A stretch of DNA of 34,351 nt from Thermodesulfobacteriota bacterium (GTDB lineage Bacteria; Desulfobacterota; Desulfobacteria; Desulfobacterales; UBA2156), in the NCBI GenBank assembly GCA_040753295.1, contig JBFMEI010000001.1, forward strand, positions 1-34,351, read 5' to 3'. The notes under the pieces were generated by a model. That model worked only from the letters and a program-made list of their open reading frames with translations, made no database searches and was not told where the DNA came from. Position 1 is the stretch's first letter. Each line of letters begins with the position of its first letter. Of this stretch, positions 32,319 through 34,351 are shown piece by piece. Position numbers and translations under genes: made by a program.

Positions 32319-34351
32319 ATGGAACCTCTCTTGATATCACCGGCGGATGCTGTTGTCTTTGGAATACCGACGATTCTCTTTTCCGTTTTGATTCCAGTTG
32401 CAGGTCTGTGCGTTTTTTCACTCATCATTTATCGCAGGATGGTGCCTCTTTTAACAGGAGCGAGTGATCCCCGCTTTGACCACTGGATCGATCGAACAAA
32501 GAAGATGCTCAAATTTGCCCTTGCCCAATACCGGCAACCCCGGTATCGGTTTGCCGGTATTTTGCATATTCTTCTCTTTGCCGGGTTTGTCATCCTTTCC
32601 CTGCGTTCCATCACCCTGGTGATTATGGGGGTCTGGAGTCCTTTCGTATTTCCTGGGATGAGGGGAACATTGGGGGATCTGTACGGCGTGGCGAAGGATT
32701 ATGCAGGAACCGTGGTTCTGATTACCTGTCTTATTGCCATGATACGAAGGGCTGTCTTTAAGCCCAGACGCTATGCCGTCCCATCTAAATACGGAAAGGA
32801 TCACACCGGTGAGGCGGTATTTGTCCTGCTCCTCATATCCACACTGATGATTTCCGATGCGGTATTTGAAGGAAGTTCTGCTGCTTGGGTACCGGCAGGG
32901 GATCTGAAGAACCCTCACCTCCCGGGGACCCTTTCGGCTGCCGCTGCAAACCTTCTGACCGGAGCCGCCCCGGGCCTCCTGCAGGCGCTTCATCTGGGTT
33001 CATATTTTCTTCATGACCTGGTATTCTTCTTTTTTTTGTGCTTCCTTCCCATGGGGAAGCATTTTCATGTCATTACCTCTTTCCCGAACGTCTATTTCAT
33101 GAAACTGAATAAAGGCTCCATAAAACCGGTTCGGTGGGGAGTTGATGAGGAAAATCTGGATCAACTCGAGTCTCTGGGAGTTAAACATTTCAGAGATTTT
33201 ACATGGAAACAGATGCTCGATTTTTATTCCTGCGCCGACTGCGGGAGATGTTCGGACAATTGTCCGGCCAATGCCGTAGGCCGTCCTCTCTCCCCGAGGT
33301 TCATCTCCATCAAGTGCCGGAATTATGCCTTCGGCGCTTACCCGATTCTTGGAAAACCAGCCGATCCGCCTTCCTTGATCGGAGGAGTACTCGAAGAAGA
33401 CGAAATATGGTCCTGCACCACGTGCGGGGCATGTGAAGAAGAATGTCCTATTTTGATTGAATATATCGATAAAATCGTAGATATTCGACGGGGCTTGGTG
33501 GATGAAGGCCTTGTCCCTCAGTCACTGCAGAAACCCCTCGGCTCCCTTGAGAAACGAGGAAACCCCTATGGCAAGATGGAAAAAAAGCGGGGAGACTGGT
33601 CCAAAGGGATGGAGTTTGTGCATATTCTCGGGGGAGGGAAAAAGGCTGAAACCTTATATTTTGTTGACAGTATCAGTTCCTATGATGATCGAATTCAGGA
33701 AATCACCAGATCTGCGGCCAGAGTGCTGAACAATCTGGGCGTTGAATTCGGAATTCTTGGGTCTTTGGAGGCTGACAGCGGGAATGAAGTCCGACGATTT
33801 GGAGAAGAGACCCTGTTTATTGAGCTCAAGCGCAGGAACACGGAATCGATTCGAGACACCGGGGTCAAGTCGATTGTCACCGCCGATCCCCATGCATTTA
33901 ATGCCTTGAAAAATGAATATTCGGGAATTCCTCCGATTGAACACATTGTCCAGACCCTGGAGCGGGGGGTTCGATCCGGACGGGTTGGGCTGAAAGGAAT
34001 CGAAGATCCGAATCTCATATTTACTTATCACGATCCGTGTTATCTTGGAAGGCATAACAGCATCTATGATGCACCGAGAACTATTTTGGATGCCATTCCC
34101 GGGATGCGGCGTGTGGAAATGGAACGGTCAAAGGATCGATCTTTCTGCTGCGGGGGAGGCGGGTTGATGCTCTTCTATGAACCTACCGAAGAAACCCGGA
34201 TGGGAAAATTGAGAGTGGAGATGGCAGAGCGGGCAGGAGCAACCGTTATCATTACAGCCTGTCCGTTCTGCATGGTAAATATCGAGGATGCCATCAAGAC
34301 AAGCGGACTTGAAGGGAAAATGCAGGTGATGGATATTGTGGAATTGATGGA
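32319..34351 (+). CDS. fadF: Membrane-bound Fe-S oxidoreductase, FadF / HdrD-like (candidate ETF:menaquinone oxidoreductase), 3'-truncated
   Basis: Not in the ORF track. Hand translation of frame 3 from ATG 32319 is stop-free to the window end (677 codons). It shows about five N-terminal hydrophobic helices, CADCGRCSDNCP and CTTCGACEEECP, and CCG-type motifs DPCYLGR and FCCGGGG...CPFC. Confidence 0.85.
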   Translation, partial: MEPLLISPADAVVFGIPTILFSVLIPVAGLCVFSLIIYRRMVPLLTGASDPRFDHWIDRTKKMLKFALAQYRQPRYRFAGILHILLFAGFVILSLRSITLVIMGVWSPFVFPGMRGTLGDLYGVAKDYAGTVVLITCLIAMIRRAVFKPRRYAVPSKYGKDHTGEAVFVLLLISTLMISDAVFEGSSAAWVPAGDLKNPHLPGTLSAAAANLLTGAAPGLLQALHLGSYFLHDLVFFFFLCFLPMGKHFHVITSFPNVYFMKLNKGSIKPVRWGVDEENLDQLESLGVKHFRDFTWKQMLDFYSCADCGRCSDNCPANAVGRPLSPRFISIKCRNYAFGAYPILGKPADPPSLIGGVLEEDEIWSCTTCGACEEECPILIEYIDKIVDIRRGLVDEGLVPQSLQKPLGSLEKRGNPYGKMEKKRGDWSKGMEFVHILGGGKKAETLYFVDSISSYDDRIQEITRSAARVLNNLGVEFGILGSLEADSGNEVRRFGEETLFIELKRRNTESIRDTGVKSIVTADPHAFNALKNEYSGIPPIEHIVQTLERGVRSGRVGLKGIEDPNLIFTYHDPCYLGRHNSIYDAPRTILDAIPGMRRVEMERSKDRSFCCGGGGLMLFYEPTEETRMGKLRVEMAERAGATVIITACPFCMVNIEDAIKTSGLEGKMQVMDIVELM

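Noticed and set aside
33963-33985. GGTTCGATCC, the canonical tRNA T-arm/loop string (searched while looking for selC).
   Set aside because: The flanks cannot form a 5-bp T-stem or the rest of a cloverleaf. It also lies inside the fadF-like coding frame.
1-34351. Whole-window search for CRISPR repeats, IS/transposase/integrase genes, toxin-antitoxin pairs, restriction-modification systems or known defence-system domains.
   Set aside because: I found no spaced direct repeats and no terminal inverted repeats. I recognised no nuclease, helicase, methylase or reverse-transcriptase signatures in any frame. The window reads as conserved core metabolism plus signalling.

Overview
This is a densely packed chromosomal window of about 30 genes, dominated by anaerobic core metabolism. 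I found no rRNA, tRNA, CRISPR array, transposase, integrase or recognisable defence gene. All family calls come from reading motifs in the translations; nothing was searched against a database.

Gene content suggests a Desulfobacterota/deltaproteobacterium-like anaerobe (inference from 2-oxoglutarate:ferredoxin oxidoreductase, SelB, a bifurcation-type NuoEF-like flavoprotein and a FadF/HdrD-type membrane Fe-S oxidoreductase).

Gene order:
- LarA-like gene, 5'-truncated by the window edge.
- icd, a cytoplasmic PAS-PAS hybrid histidine kinase, then acnA-korDABC-hemW. This is a TCA / 2-oxoglutarate:ferredoxin block.
- Minus-strand operon: two small ORFs, selB, and a DUF2333-like membrane protein.
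- Methylthioadenosine/adenine salvage island: mtnP-apt facing pnp-mtaD.
- NuoE-like, NuoF-like, an RnfB::GltD fusion, and RseC.
- Minus-strand c-di-GMP operon (Hpt, REC-GGDEF, stand-alone MshEN domain) divergent from a Zn-ribbon-PilZ gene.
- A family-2 glycosyltransferase (GT2), then cspA-like.
- Fatty-acid module: TetR-type FadR, FadE-like acyl-CoA dehydrogenase, convergent FadD, and a 3'-truncated FadF-like membrane Fe-S oxidoreductase.

Corrections to the supplied ORF track:
- It misses the 2-kb fadF-like gene (32319 to the window end).
- It misses the 5' part of the LarA-like gene (1-192).
- It misses a 58-aa two-TM ORF and obscures the likely start of a 75-aa ORF upstream of selB.

Best leads:
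1. A NuoE/NuoF/GltD (Stn/Nfn-like) module whose GltD subunit is fused to a complete membrane-anchored RnfB and is followed by RseC.
2. A self-contained Hpt -> REC-GGDEF -> MshEN + PilZ c-di-GMP circuit with a repeated TAGGTATCAT motif in its divergent control region.
3. Two identical 22-nt promoter-embedded palindromic operators bracketing the fatty-acid module.
4. selB embedded among uncharacterised membrane or small proteins.

I see no clear-cut novel defence or mobile system, and I do not claim one.
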